Positions 32,757-43,557 of a DNA stretch of 64,000 nucleotides are shown in pieces. The notes beneath the pieces were generated by a model, which saw nothing but the letters and a program-made list of their open reading frames with translations, was not told the origin of the DNA and searched no databases. Numbering within the stretch: position 1 is the first letter of the stretch; each line of letters opens with the position of its first letter. This DNA comes from Sulfurimonas sp. (GTDB lineage: Bacteria; Campylobacterota; Campylobacteria; Campylobacterales; Sulfurimonadaceae), in NCBI GenBank assembly GCA_027064045.1, contig JAMOQK010000080.1, positions 4,330 through 68,329 of the forward strand, written 5' to 3'. A program made the position numbers and the translations under genes.

Positions 32757-35700
32757 ATGCAATTAGGATTAAAAAACAGACTAAGACTAATCAGTCTATT
32801 TCCGATACTGATTCTCTTTTCTTTAACAAGTTACTATCTTTATGATTCGTATAAAGATTATAAAAAAGCAGAATATCTTAAAAGTAAGCTAACACAAAAT
32901 AAATTACTAAATGGTGTAGTTGGTAATATAGCAAGGGAAAGAGGTATGACTGCCATGTACCTTGGTAACCCATCAAAAACTATTTTCAAATCTTTACAAG
33001 AGCAGAGAAAAGTTGTTGATAAAAAAGCAAACTTATATTTTCAAGATCTTAAAAATAAATCTGCTTCCAAAGAACAAGCAAAAGAAAATCAACAAAATTA
33101 TAAGACATTAAAAGCTTCATTGGAAAAAATACATAAAGCAAGAGTGCTTGTTAATGAGGGCAAGATTAAATTTAGAGATGTATTTACAAAAATATATAGT
33201 GTTGTTCAACAAAAAGCCATCTCACAACTTGCGCAAATTACAAACAATCAAACAGACCAAGAGATTAACGAACTGTATTCTATATATATCTCTATGGTTA
33301 ATGCAAAAGAATATAGTGGTATTGAGAGAGGATATATGTCTTATGTTATATCTCGCTCAAATAAACTTTCAAAAGAAGATTTAAATGAATGGATTTCAGT
33401 TATTGGTAAAGCAGATTCCATAAGTTACAAAACTTTACATAACCCTAAACTTCTTAAAAAATTAAATCAACTTTTTGAAAGTGAAGATGCTATAGAGCTT
33501 TTTAATGATATTAACAATGAAAGAACTGCCATTATATCTAGTTCTCAATCAGCTACATACGATATTAGTTCAGGTGTTTGGTTTACAATGCACTCGGAGA
33601 AGATAAATCTTATCTCACAAGCTGAAGATTTACTTCTTTCGGCGATGGATACCAGAGCTACAAATATACAAGAAAACGCATTAAAAATTCTTATCGTAAC
33701 TTTAACTATTTGGTTAGTTACAGTTTTACTTGCATTTTTTGGTTATTTTCTATCAAGTGAAATTGCGAAAAACATTAAAAACCTTGAAGATGTTTTAGGA
33801 AGAGCTTTAGAAGATGCTACCGATGTGCATATGCAAAGTGCTGATATAGATTTACAAACAGCTCAAGGTACAGCCGAAGCATATAATCTTCTTGAAAAAA
33901 TTATTGAAAATACAAGAAGAGACAAAGAATTAGCGATGGAAGCGAGTGAAGCTAAATCTATGTTCCTCGCAAATATGTCACATGAGATTCGTACTCCATT
34001 AAATGGTATCGTTGGTTTTACTGAACTACTAAAAGATACAGGTCTTAAAGAAGAGCAGGGTGAGTTTGTTGATATTATTGAAAAATCATCTGAAAATCTA
34101 CTTGAAATTATTAACAATATTCTTGACTTATCAAAAATCGAGAGTAACAAGCTTGAGATTGAAGACATTATCTTTAATCCTATTGAGGAGTTTGAAAGTG
34201 CTGTTGAAGTTTATGCAGTTCGTGCAAGTGAAAAACATATAGATTTAGGTTGTTTTATAGATCCAGAACTTGAAAGACCACTAAAAGGTGATCCAACTAA
34301 ACTAAAAGAGGTTATAATCAATCTACTGTCAAATGCTGTTAAGTTTACAAGTTCATCTGGTGCTATCAATGTAGATATAAGAAAACTTGAAACTGAACAA
34401 GATGGCAAAACAAGAATTAGATTTGAGATTCAAGATAGTGGTATTGGGGTTACAAGTGAGCAAAAAGCTAGAATTTTTGAAGCATTTAGTCAAGCAGATA
34501 CATCAATTACCCGTAAATATGGTGGTACGGGTCTAGGACTTACCATCTCATCAAGATTTATTGAGCTAATGGGTGGTCAATTAGATCTTCATTCTGAACC
34601 AGGTCAAGGAACAACATTCTTCTTTACAATTGATTTTGAAGAGATTGAAACATTAAATGAAACTACAAAAGGAAGTTATTCTAATCTAAATGCTCTTATT
34701 TTAGAATCTACACATAAAACAAAAAAACAAGAAACTTATCTAAGAGAGTATCTTGATTTTTATGGAGTTAGTTACACTTTATTTAAAGATTTCAATGAAT
34801 TAGAAACTCTACAAAGACAAGTCAGTTATAATTTGGTATTTATAGACTATGATTATTCAAGTGAAGAAATGCTTATAGAGTATTCTAAACTACCTCAAGA
34901 GCTTGTTTTGCTAACAAAATCTTACTTTATGAGAAAAATAGAATCACTTCATATAGATATATTTAAAACACTTTATGAGCCTCTAAATATTTCAAAAATT
35001 AGACAGGTATTAGAAAATTTTAGTTCTGAAAACTATAATGCTAAAAAAATCAAAAAGATAAGCCGTCATAAATTTGATGCAAATGAAAATTATTTTGATG
35101 CAAATGTTCTAGTTGCTGAAGATAACATTATTAACCAAAAACTTATCAAAAAAACATTAGAGGACCTTGGTTTAACTATTGGTATAGCAAATAATGGACT
35201 TGAAGCTTTTCAAAAAAGAAAAGATGGGAATTTTGATTTGATTTTTATGGATATTCAAATGCCATTTTTAGATGGTGTTGAAGCTACAAAAGAGATTTTG
35301 GATTATGAACAAGACTACAATCAACCACATGTTCCTATCATAGCCTTAACAGCAAATGCGCTCAAAGGGGATAGAGAAAGATTTTTAAGTGCAGGATTGG
35401 ATGAATATACAACAAAACCTCTAGTGCGTTCTGAGATAGTATCTCTTTTAAATCATTTTTTAGCAAATCATATAGTTTTAAAAGAATCTGTATCAAAAAC
35501 ACCTGAAATTGTAGTTGAGTCAGAAGTGGTTTCTGCACCAGTAGAAAATCAAAAAGTTGAAAAAGTATCTTATAAAGCAGATATTTTACTAGCTAAGAAA
35601 AGTTTATTTGAAACAAAACTTTATATAAAACTGTTGGAAACATTGGGTTATACCTATGAAGAAGTACACAATATAGATGATTTAAATCAAAAAGTTGAAA

Positions 35701-35933
35701 ACTCATCTTTTAGACTTATATTACTTGACAAAGAGTTTGATCAACTTGATTTAAAAACTTTTACATCAAAAATTAAAACTCTTAAAGATAGTAATGGACT
35801 TGAATCTTTTGTGGTATTGATTAGTGACCAAAGTACAGATAAAGATTTAGATGACGCACTCTATGTAGATGAGACAATCTCAAATGTTATAAATAAAGAC
35901 TTATTAAGACTTTTGTTTGAAAAATTTATTTAA
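32757..35933 (+). CDS. hybrid sensor histidine kinase with a periplasmic NIT (nitrate/nitrite-sensing) domain
   Basis: TM, then IARERGMT...[10 protein letters not shown] (NIT signature), then TM. H-box [27 protein letters not shown]; receiver FMDIQMP. Confidence 0.88.
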   Translation: MQLGLKNRLRLISLFPILILFSLTSYYLYDSYKDYKKAEYLKSKLTQNKLLNGVVGNIARERGMTAMYLGNPSKTIFKSLQEQRKVVDKKANLYFQDLKNKSASKEQAKENQQNYKTLKASLEKIHKARVLVNEGKIKFRDVFTKIYSVVQQKAISQLAQITNNQTDQEINELYSIYISMVNAKEYSGIERGYMSYVISRSNKLSKEDLNEWISVIGKADSISYKTLHNPKLLKKLNQLFESEDAIELFNDINNERTAIISSSQSATYDISSGVWFTMHSEKINLISQAEDLLLSAMDTRATNIQENALKILIVTLTIWLVTVLLAFFGYFLSSEIAKNIKNLEDVLGRALEDATDVHMQSADIDLQTAQGTAEAYNLLEKIIENTRRDKELAMEASEAKSMFLANMSHEIRTPLNGIVGFTELLKDTGLKEEQGEFVDIIEKSSENLLEIINNILDLSKIESNKLEIEDIIFNPIEEFESAVEVYAVRASEKHIDLGCFIDPELERPLKGDPTKLKEVIINLLSNAVKFTSSSGAINVDIRKLETEQDGKTRIRFEIQDSGIGVTSEQKARIFEAFSQADTSITRKYGGTGLGLTISSRFIELMGGQLDLHSEPGQGTTFFFTIDFEEIETLNETTKGSYSNLNALILESTHKTKKQETYLREYLDFYGVSYTLFKDFNELETLQRQVSYNLVFIDYDYSSEEMLIEYSKLPQELVLLTKSYFMRKIESLHIDIFKTLYEPLNISKIRQVLENFSSENYNAKKIKKISRHKFDANENYFDANVLVAEDNIINQKLIKKTLEDLGLTIGIANNGLEAFQKRKDGNFDLIFMDIQMPFLDGVEATKEILDYEQDYNQPHVPIIALTANALKGDRERFLSAGLDEYTTKPLVRSEIVSLLNHFLANHIVLKESVSKTPEIVVESEVVSAPVENQKVEKVSYKADILLAKKSLFETKLYIKLLETLGYTYEEVHNIDDLNQKVENSSFRLILLDKEFDQLDLKTFTSKIKTLKDSNGLESFVVLISDQSTDKDLDDALYVDETISNVINKDLLRLLFEKFI

Positions 35934-35942
35934 AGGTAAAAA

Positions 35943-36320
35943 ATGTTAAAAGATGAATTAGTAATTTTAGCTGTAGATGATGATTTAATTAACCTGAAGC
36001 TTCTGAAATCTATGCTTATGAAAACAGGAAATGTTAAAGAGGTTTTAGAAGCTAAAAATGGTTCTGATGCTATAGGTACTTTAAAAAGCAGGGATGATAT
36101 TGATCTTATTTTATTAGATATTATTATGCCAGTTATGGGTGGCATAGAGATGCTTAAAGTTGTAAGAGCTGATGATAATCTTCGCCAATTACCTATCATA
36201 GTCCTTACAACAGATGAAACAAAAAAAAGTGAAGCACTAGAATTTGGTGCAAACGGTTTTTTAATGAAACCGATAAAAAGGGATGACCTTATACATAAAA
36301 TGGAAACTGTATTTGTTTAA
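35943..36320 (+). CDS. single-domain response regulator
   Basis: AVDDD, LLDIIMP, LTT and MKP receiver motifs. Confidence 0.92.
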   Translation: MLKDELVILAVDDDLINLKLLKSMLMKTGNVKEVLEAKNGSDAIGTLKSRDDIDLILLDIIMPVMGGIEMLKVVRADDNLRQLPIIVLTTDETKKSEALEFGANGFLMKPIKRDDLIHKMETVFV

Positions 36321-36327
36321 CATGCCT

Positions 36328-36353
36328 AAAAGTACGGATTTAACCGTACTTTT
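36328..36353. repeat. REP-like palindrome / bidirectional terminator, copy 3
   Basis: AAAAGTACGG-ATTTAA-CCGTACTTTT between the convergent response regulator and miaA genes. Confidence 0.8.
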
Positions 36354-36370
36354 TAAAACCTTCTGACTAT

Positions 36371-37276
36371 CTATCGTCCTGAAATATTATAGTTGGAACA
36401 AATTATATCTTTTAGTTGTTCTGGTGGTTTGTTTATGATATTTTTAAATTGGGTACGATTAAAAGTTTGTTGTCTTTTTGCAAGTTGTGCTGTGTGAGTT
36501 GAGATGTTTTGTATCATCTCTTTCAAACTGACTTTACAATCTAAATACTCTAAAACTTCAACTATCCCTATGGAATTCATGGCATGTGGGAGTCGTGTGT
36601 ACTTTTGTTCTAGGTAGCATACCTCATTTATAAGTCCCATATCCAGCATCTTGTGAGTTCTTTTAGCAATCCTATCTCTTAATATTTTTCTTTGTACATC
36701 AATATTATAAATATTTAAATTTGTTATGATTGGTTTTGGTGGATTTTGTTTAAACCATTGTGTTGGTGTTAGGTTGGAAGCTTCAAAAATCAAAAGTGCT
36801 TTTTCTATTCTGTATCTGTCATTAGGTGAGATGTTTTTCATGTAAATAGTATCAATATCTGATAGAAATTCATACGCTTTTTGTAAATTTTTTAGCTTAC
36901 TTTCCACATGCCAAGATATTTCTTCTGTAATATTTGGAAGTGGTGATAAGCCTTGCATAAGTGATTTTAAGTAAAAAGATGTGCCACCAACTATGATAAG
37001 GTTTTTAGAATCTTTTTGGCATGTGGCTATAACTTCTTTATAAAGAGATATGAAAATGTCAACACTAAAATAATCATTAGGACTTAAAACATCAATTCCA
37101 AAATGCTTGATTTCTGTTAACTCTTTTTTACTTGGTTTAGCTGATACTATATCTATCTCTTTATATATACTTAGTGAATCTATGCTTAATATATAAGCAT
37201 CTATCTCCTTAGCTACTGATATAGCTAAATCACTTTTTCCTGATGCTGTTGAGCCTATGATTGCTAGTTGTTTCAT
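36371..37276 (-). CDS. miaA: tRNA dimethylallyltransferase
   Basis: GSTASGKS, DSLSIYK, VGGTSFY and AKRQ motifs. Confidence 0.95.
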   Translation of the reverse strand: MKQLAIIGSTASGKSDLAISVAKEIDAYILSIDSLSIYKEIDIVSAKPSKKELTEIKHFGIDVLSPNDYFSVDIFISLYKEVIATCQKDSKNLIIVGGTSFYLKSLMQGLSPLPNITEEISWHVESKLKNLQKAYEFLSDIDTIYMKNISPNDRYRIEKALLIFEASNLTPTQWFKQNPPKPIITNLNIYNIDVQRKILRDRIAKRTHKMLDMGLINEVCYLEQKYTRLPHAMNSIGIVEVLEYLDCKVSLKEMIQNISTHTAQLAKRQQTFNRTQFKNIINKPPEQLKDIICSNYNISGR

Positions 37277-37677
37277 AGGTTTAGCTGCTCTTTTACCTCT
37301 TTTAATAGGTTCTCTTTTATGAGCATATAAGTCTCTTTAAAAGCATTGAATTCTTTTGTGTCTGGGTCATCAAATCCTACATGTATGGTTTTTGTTTTTT
37401 TAGGGAAGATGGGGCAAGTTTCTTTTGCATTATCGCAAACAGTGACAACTAAATCAAAATCTATATCTATAATCTCATCTAAATGTTTTGAATGATAATT
37501 CTCATCCCATGCCCCATTTATTTCCAGCACTTTTTTGGCATGTGGGTTTACTTTGCCACTTGGGTTCACGCCACAGCTATAAGCTTTTACATTTTGTAGT
37601 TCTTTATTTATAAGTGCTTCACCTATAATACTTCTACAACTATTTCCAGTACACATTATTAATATATTTTTATCCAT
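37273..37677 (-). CDS. arsC: arsenate reductase / LMW-PTP family
   Basis: CTGNSCRS, TVCD, CP and DDP motifs. Confidence 0.8.
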   Translation of the reverse strand: MDKNILIMCTGNSCRSIIGEALINKELQNVKAYSCGVNPSGKVNPHAKKVLEINGAWDENYHSKHLDEIIDIDFDLVVTVCDNAKETCPIFPKKTKTIHVGFDDPDTKEFNAFKETYMLIKENLLKEVKEQLNL

Positions 37678-37750
37678 TTTAGAATTATATCATCGAATTT
37701 TAAATCACTTTTAGATAAAATGGTTTCCAATTATAGAATAAGGTTAATTT

Positions 37751-38611
37751 TTGCAAAAATATATGAAAAAACTTAAAGATTTTAATGAACTTGTTATGTT
37801 TGAACACTCTGTGTTTTCTTTACCTTTTATCTTTATTGCGATGGTTGTGGCAGCGAATGGTTGGTTTGGGTTTTGGTTGCTTTTGATGGGTGTTTTAGCT
37901 GCTCTTAGTGCTAGAAATTTTGCAATGGGTGTAAACCGTTATGCAGATAGAGATATAGATGCTCAAAATCCTCGTACAGCTTCAAGACCAAATGTTGATG
38001 GTAGGCTTGATGGTGTCAGCATCTTGATTTTTATCATTGTTAATGCTCTTGTTTTTGTTGGTGTTGCTTATATGATTAATTTATTAGCTTTTTATTTAAG
38101 TGTTCCTATTCTTGTTGTACTTGGGTCTTATTCTTATTTTAAAAGATTTTCCCACATGGCACATGTTGTTTTGGGTATTTCACTTGGTTTAGCTCCTATA
38201 GCTGGTGTTGTGGCAGTTCAAGCTAGTATCCCAGCATGGTCTGTTTTGCTTAGTTTAGGTGTTATTTTTTGGGTGGCTGGATTTGATTTGCTTTATTCTT
38301 TGCAAGATATGGAGTTCGATAAGCAAAATAACCTTTACTCCATACCTGCTCATTTTGGTGCAGAAGCTACACTATTTATCTCATCTCTTTTTCATATGTT
38401 AAGTGTGATTTTTTGGGCTTTATTTGTTTGGGTGGCTGGGCTTGGTGAAGTTGCTTTTTTAGCAGTGATACTTTCTGGTATTATGCTTGGGTATGAACAT
38501 CATCTAGTTAGAAAAGATTTCTCAAAAATAGATCGTGCTTTTTTTACTGTTAATGGATACCTTGGTTTTATGTTTTTTATTTTAATTGTCTTAGATAGGA
38601 TTTTAGCATGA
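37751..38611 (+). CDS. mqnP: UbiA-family menaquinone (futalosine pathway) prenyltransferase
   Basis: NRYADRDIDAQNPRT, YSYFKRF and GFDLLYSLQD motifs. Confidence 0.85.
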   Translation: MQKYMKKLKDFNELVMFEHSVFSLPFIFIAMVVAANGWFGFWLLLMGVLAALSARNFAMGVNRYADRDIDAQNPRTASRPNVDGRLDGVSILIFIIVNALVFVGVAYMINLLAFYLSVPILVVLGSYSYFKRFSHMAHVVLGISLGLAPIAGVVAVQASIPAWSVLLSLGVIFWVAGFDLLYSLQDMEFDKQNNLYSIPAHFGAEATLFISSLFHMLSVIFWALFVWVAGLGEVAFLAVILSGIMLGYEHHLVRKDFSKIDRAFFTVNGYLGFMFFILIVLDRILA

Positions 38612-39129
38612 GTGTCCGTTTAGTTCCTGCTCCTATTAGTATAGTTTTTAGTGAAGTTGGCAATGAACTTGAGATATATGAGAGAGAGTATCATCAGCTA
38701 AGCGAATCGGATGATAATGCGATAAATCAGTGGTTAAAAATGGCAAAAGCAAGGGGTGAGACAGCAGACACAGACCCAGTTTTATTAAATCTATTGGTGG
38801 AACTTCACAATAAAATAGACGCTTTGGAAATGTTTTTAAAAAATGAAGAGCCTAAGAGGGTTTCACTTAGTGTTGAAGCAGAGATAGAGTCGATAGGGTT
38901 TGAGCATTTTAATCTAAAAGATGAACTCTTACAAGAGGGTAAAGAGTATTATGGTCGTGTTGAGATGCCCGTTCATCCTAAAAGAGATATAGGGGTGTTT
39001 TTTAAAGCCCAAACTACAACATTAGCACATATAACAAAGATACATGATAGAGATGAAAAAGAGTGGGGTGCTTATCTTACAGCAAGAGAGAGGGTTCTTA
39101 TCCGTGAAGCCAGAGAGAGAAAAAAATGA
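38608..39129 (+). CDS. hypothetical protein
   Basis: 173 aa ORF overlapping both neighbours by 4 bp (ATGA coupling). Confidence 0.75.
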   Translation: MSVRLVPAPISIVFSEVGNELEIYEREYHQLSESDDNAINQWLKMAKARGETADTDPVLLNLLVELHNKIDALEMFLKNEEPKRVSLSVEAEIESIGFEHFNLKDELLQEGKEYYGRVEMPVHPKRDIGVFFKAQTTTLAHITKIHDRDEKEWGAYLTARERVLIREARERKK

Positions 39130-39644
39130 GTTTAGATAACTTTCCTATAGAGTATCTTATTGTCGCTATGTCGGCAATTATTTTATATCTCATATACTAT
39201 GTTTTTACAAAAGATAGTGAGTATCATAAAAATATTCACTCTGTTGCTTCAGTTGTTGAGGATTTAAACAGAGAACTTTATTATCTTAAGAAAAAACTTC
39301 AAGAGACACAAAATGGTTTAAAACACTCATCTTCTCATATGAGCGATGAAGAGATTTATCAGGAGATAGAAAGAAGTGTTTATGATATGGTTCAGCCATT
39401 ATCTGTTGGTTTAAAACGGATGCAAGAAACAGTACAAACTTTAGATTCGCAGATAGATGCGAGGATAAACTCCCTTGAAACAGGGGTGAAACAAATCTCC
39501 ATACCATCTTCTATACATGGTAATGATGATGAAAAAATTATCTCACTTTTTAAGCAGGGTGTTTCGCTTGAGACCATCTCAAAAGAGTTACATATCTCTA
39601 AACCTGAAGTTGAATTTGTATTAAAAATCAACAAAATCAAATAG
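39126..39644 (+). CDS. hypothetical protein: N-terminal TM, coiled coil and C-terminal HTH-like segment
   Basis: Hydrophobic N-terminus; C-terminal LFKQGVSLETISKELHISKPEVEFVLK. Confidence 0.7.
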   Translation: MSLDNFPIEYLIVAMSAIILYLIYYVFTKDSEYHKNIHSVASVVEDLNRELYYLKKKLQETQNGLKHSSSHMSDEEIYQEIERSVYDMVQPLSVGLKRMQETVQTLDSQIDARINSLETGVKQISIPSSIHGNDDEKIISLFKQGVSLETISKELHISKPEVEFVLKINKIK

Positions 39645-39666
39645 TTTTATAACGGATGTTAAATTA

Positions 39667-40830
39667 ATGGCAGATAGAAAACTTTTTACTTTAGTATCAA
39701 TCTTGATATGTATCAGTATTGTTTTAACATACTCTTTATCTGCATATATAACATTGCTTTTTGGTGTGAGTGAATTTCATTTTGCTCTTAGACAAGTTGG
39801 TTTTGGTGTCATAAGTATCTTAATTATTTGGGGATTGGCTCAGCTTGATCCAGATAGATTTCTTAAACCTATCGGTTTTACACTTTTTATAGGTTCTATT
39901 GTCTTGATGATTGCTATGCCATTTTTACCTGAATTTTTAGTTTCAGCTGTGGGTGGAGCAAAAAGATGGATTAAGATTTTTGGTTTTTCTTTGGCTCCAG
40001 TTGAGTTTTTTAAAGTTGGATTTGTTTATTTTTTAGCTTGGAGTTTTTCAAGAAAACTTGGGCATCATGGGGGGATGGGATTAAAAGCTGAGTTTTTAAG
40101 ATTTGCTCCTTATGGAGTTGTTTTTGTAGGTGCGATGTTTGTCATAGCTTTTGTTCAAAATGACTTAGGACAGGTTGTTGTTCTTGGTATGACACTTCTT
40201 TTTATGCTTATGTTTGCAGGGAGTAGTTTTAGATTCTTTCTTTCTATTCTTTTAGCTGCCTTGTCATTTTTTATATTTTTTATATTAACAGCAGAACATA
40301 GAATCCTCCGTATAAAATCTTGGTGGGCATTGGCACAAAATAGTGTTTTAGAACTATTTCCAGATTCTATTGCTGAACAGCTAAGAGTGCCGACAGAGGT
40401 GGAACCATACCAGATAGGTCATTCATTAAATGCTATTCATAATGGTGCTTTTTTTGGCACTGGTCTTGGTTGTGGAACTTTTAAACTTGGATTTTTAAGT
40501 GAGGTTCATACAGATTTTGTTTTGGCTGGTTTAGCAGAAGAGTTTGGTTTTGTTGGTGTTGCTTTTGTGGTATTTATCTTTATGTGGATGTTGCAAAGGA
40601 TTTTTAAAATAGCAAATCGCTCTAGTGATACAAGTATATATCTTTTTAGTATAGGGATAGGACTTCTACTCTCTTTTGCATTTTTGGTAAATGCGTATGG
40701 GATTAGTGGTATAACTCCTATTAAGGGTATATCTGTTCCGTTTTTAAGTTATGGAGGTTCATCAATGTTGGGTGCTTCTTTTGGTGTAGGGATGGTTTTA
40801 ATGGCTTCTAAAAAGGCAAATATGAGATGA
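39667..40830 (+). CDS. ftsW: SEDS peptidoglycan glycosyltransferase
   Basis: GGAKRWI, PVEFFK, SEVHTDF and PFLSYGGSS motifs; upstream of murG. Confidence 0.93.
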   Translation: MADRKLFTLVSILICISIVLTYSLSAYITLLFGVSEFHFALRQVGFGVISILIIWGLAQLDPDRFLKPIGFTLFIGSIVLMIAMPFLPEFLVSAVGGAKRWIKIFGFSLAPVEFFKVGFVYFLAWSFSRKLGHHGGMGLKAEFLRFAPYGVVFVGAMFVIAFVQNDLGQVVVLGMTLLFMLMFAGSSFRFFLSILLAALSFFIFFILTAEHRILRIKSWWALAQNSVLELFPDSIAEQLRVPTEVEPYQIGHSLNAIHNGAFFGTGLGCGTFKLGFLSEVHTDFVLAGLAEEFGFVGVAFVVFIFMWMLQRIFKIANRSSDTSIYLFSIGIGLLLSFAFLVNAYGISGITPIKGISVPFLSYGGSSMLGASFGVGMVLMASKKANMR

Positions 40831-41849
40831 AATTGTGTATAACAGGTGGTGGAACTGGTGGTCACTTGATGATAGCTGAGGCTTTAGTTGAAGCAGCCGT
40901 TAGTGATGGTCATGAAGTGATTTTTATAGGTTCTAAGAGTGGACAGGATATGAAATATTTTGCTACTTATAGTGCATTTAGCAGTGTTTATTTTTTAAAT
41001 ACAACAGGTGTAGTAAATCAAAAAGGTTTAGGTAAAGTAAAAGCACTTTTTAAAGTTTTAATAGCGTTTTTTAAGGCAAGAAGGATTTTAAAAAAACATA
41101 ATATAGTTGCTACCTACAGCGTTGGTGGATTTTCAGCTGCTCCTGCTTCTTTTGCAACTCTTAGTCGTTTTATTCCTCTTTTTATACATGAACAAAATGC
41201 AGTTGAGGGAAGATTAAATAAACTTTTAAAGCCATACGCTAAAGATTTTATAAGTGCATATGATAAAAATTTATCTATACAAGGTTATCCCGTAAAAGAT
41301 GTTTTTTATAAAACACAAAGAGTTAGAAAAGAGTTAAAAAACATCATATTTTTAGGTGGAAGCCATGGTGCTAAGAGTATAAATGATTTAGCGTTAAGCA
41401 TGGCATGTGAGTTGATAAAAAATGGTATAAAAATCATGCATCAAGCAGGGGAGAGAGATTTTAAAAGGGTAGAGCAAGAGTATAAAAAACTTGGTGTTGA
41501 GGTTGAGCTTTATCCTTTTACAAAAGAGTTGCCAATTTTGATTTCTAAAGCAGATTTAGCAGTAAGTCGTGCAGGGGCAAGTACTTTATGGGAATTAACC
41601 ACCAATGGATGTCCAACTTTTTTTGTCCCATATCCATATGCAGCAGGTGACCATCAGTTTTTTAATGCAAAATTTATTGTTGATAACAATATGGGCTGGT
41701 GTGAAAGGGAGAGTGAAGATTTAAAAGATAAACTTTTAGAGATTTTAAAAGAGCCAAAACTAGAGCAAAAGAGTAAAAAACTTTTAAAACATTCAACTCC
41801 AGATGTAGCCAAAAAGATGATACAAGAGGTTGTAGAACAACTTATATAA
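40827..41849 (+). CDS. murG: undecaprenyl-PP-MurNAc-pentapeptide N-acetylglucosaminyltransferase
   Basis: GGGTGGH, HEQN, GGSHGA, SRAGAST and HQFFNA motifs. Confidence 0.96.
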   Translation: MKLCITGGGTGGHLMIAEALVEAAVSDGHEVIFIGSKSGQDMKYFATYSAFSSVYFLNTTGVVNQKGLGKVKALFKVLIAFFKARRILKKHNIVATYSVGGFSAAPASFATLSRFIPLFIHEQNAVEGRLNKLLKPYAKDFISAYDKNLSIQGYPVKDVFYKTQRVRKELKNIIFLGGSHGAKSINDLALSMACELIKNGIKIMHQAGERDFKRVEQEYKKLGVEVELYPFTKELPILISKADLAVSRAGASTLWELTTNGCPTFFVPYPYAAGDHQFFNAKFIVDNNMGWCERESEDLKDKLLEILKEPKLEQKSKKLLKHSTPDVAKKMIQEVVEQLI

Positions 41850-41862
41850 AAAAAGGGGTATA

Positions 41863-42480
41863 ATGATAAGAGAATTAGCTCAAACTTTAGTTGATTTGAT
41901 ATTTGATTGGGGGTATCTGGGGATATTTTTGCTTATGGCAATTGAATCTAGTTTTATCCCATTTCCATCTGAGATAGTTCTTATACCTGCTGGGTATTTG
42001 GCTTCTAAAGGTGATATGAGTATAGGTGCTATTATGGGTAGTGCTTTGGGTGGTTCTTTAATTGGAGCATTTATTAATTATTATCTAGCACTTAGTCTTG
42101 GAAGAAAAATGCTTAAACGATATGGTAAATATTTTTTTATTAAAGAGAGTGCTTTAGAAAAAATGGAAGAGTTTTTTAATAAACATGGACATATATCTAC
42201 TTTTACAGGCAGACTTATCCCTGGTATCCGTCAGCTTATCTCAATTCCTGCTGGACTTGCAAAGATGAACTTGGTTCAGTTTAGTCTTTATACGACGCTT
42301 GGTGCTGGCATGTGGGCTTTTGTACTTACAATGCTTGGATATTTTATAGGTGAAAACCAACAACTTATAGATATATATTTAAAACAGATAACTATGGGTG
42401 TTTTATTGGTTATAGCACTATTTATTTCATGGTATATTTATAAACAAAAAAAGGAAAAAAATGTTAAAAATAGGCGATAA
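41863..42480 (+). CDS. DedA family membrane protein
   Basis: IESSFIPFPSE and GRLIPGIR motifs. Confidence 0.9.
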   Translation: MIRELAQTLVDLIFDWGYLGIFLLMAIESSFIPFPSEIVLIPAGYLASKGDMSIGAIMGSALGGSLIGAFINYYLALSLGRKMLKRYGKYFFIKESALEKMEEFFNKHGHISTFTGRLIPGIRQLISIPAGLAKMNLVQFSLYTTLGAGMWAFVLTMLGYFIGENQQLIDIYLKQITMGVLLVIALFISWYIYKQKKEKNVKNRR

Positions 42481-42943
42481 AGCGTTAGAATTTTGTTTAC
42501 CAAATCAAGATGATATTGAGATTTGCTTGAGAGATTTAAAAGGTAAATGGATAGTCTTATATTTTTATCCACGAGATAATACTCCGGGGTGTACAACTGA
42601 AGCATGTGAGTTTACAGAGGCTGCCCCTGATTTTTTAGAGCTTGATGCTGTTGTACTTGGTGTTAGTGCAGACAGTACAAAAAAACATAGAAATTTTATA
42701 GAGAAAAAAGGTCTTGGGATCACACTATTAAGTGATGAAGATACAAAAATGATGCAGGAGTGGGGTGTTTGGCAACTCAAGAAAAACTATGGTAAAGAAT
42801 ATATGGGCATAGTTCGTTCAACTTTTATCATAGATCCTGATGGGGTTATAAAAGCTGTGTGGGAAAAGGTTCGAGTAAAAGAGCATGTTGCCAAGGTTAA
42901 AGAGGAACTTCAAAAACTACAAGCTACTTCCGAAACCTGCTAA
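42461..42943 (+). CDS. bcp: thioredoxin-dependent thiol peroxidase
   Basis: YFYPRDNTPGCTTEAC and RSTFIID motifs. Confidence 0.93.
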   Translation: MLKIGDKALEFCLPNQDDIEICLRDLKGKWIVLYFYPRDNTPGCTTEACEFTEAAPDFLELDAVVLGVSADSTKKHRNFIEKKGLGITLLSDEDTKMMQEWGVWQLKKNYGKEYMGIVRSTFIIDPDGVIKAVWEKVRVKEHVAKVKEELQKLQATSETC

Positions 42944-43472
42944 AAACTTTTTCAAAATCTATTTTGAGATTACATTTTGTATCTTCAAAATTATATGTTT
43001 CTTTTGAGAAATCACCCTGTTTGTCATACTCTTTGCCATCGAGTTTATATACTTTGGCATATAGGTCATCAGGGTAGATGATGATGTAGTATTTGACTTT
43101 TTCATCTTTATATATGTCAAATTTATAAACTTCATCCCTTTTTGCAGTTGATGGGCTGATAATCTCAACTATGATTTGTGGTGCTTTTGTAAGATAAGAT
43201 TGTGATTCTTCCTCACAAATTAATGCAATATCTGGTCTTAAAATAGTGTTGTTGCTAACTTTATAGTCTATTTCACCTAAAACTTCACATGTTTTGCAAT
43301 CGTCTAATTGTTCTCTAAACCTATATATAAGTTCACTTGCCAAACTTTGATGTTTCCTCATAGGAGCTGGAGCCATAGCTATTGCTATACCGTTATAAAG
43401 TTCCCAATTGCCTTCCCAACTTTTATAGTCTTCATAAGTGTAACAAATATCTTCAAGTTTTAAAGCACTCAT
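42924..43472 (-). CDS. Uma2 family (PD-(D/E)XK) putative endonuclease
   Basis: WELYNG..MAPAP..HQ, RPDI, VEIISPST...K and YIII.P motifs. Confidence 0.88.
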   Translation of the reverse strand: MSALKLEDICYTYEDYKSWEGNWELYNGIAIAMAPAPMRKHQSLASELIYRFREQLDDCKTCEVLGEIDYKVSNNTILRPDIALICEEESQSYLTKAPQIIVEIISPSTAKRDEVYKFDIYKDEKVKYYIIIYPDDLYAKVYKLDGKEYDKQGDFSKETYNFEDTKCNLKIDFEKVFSRFRK

Positions 43473-43557
43473 AGTTTCAGTCCTTTTGATTTAGTTATGA
43501 GATATTATAGCATATTTAATCTCTATATATAAAAGCTAAAATTAAACATTTTTTGAG

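Noticed and set aside
42924-43472. Uma2 gene as part of a defence island or mobile element
   Set aside because: It is a solitary gene with no partner genes, terminal repeats or target duplication; Uma2 singletons are common.
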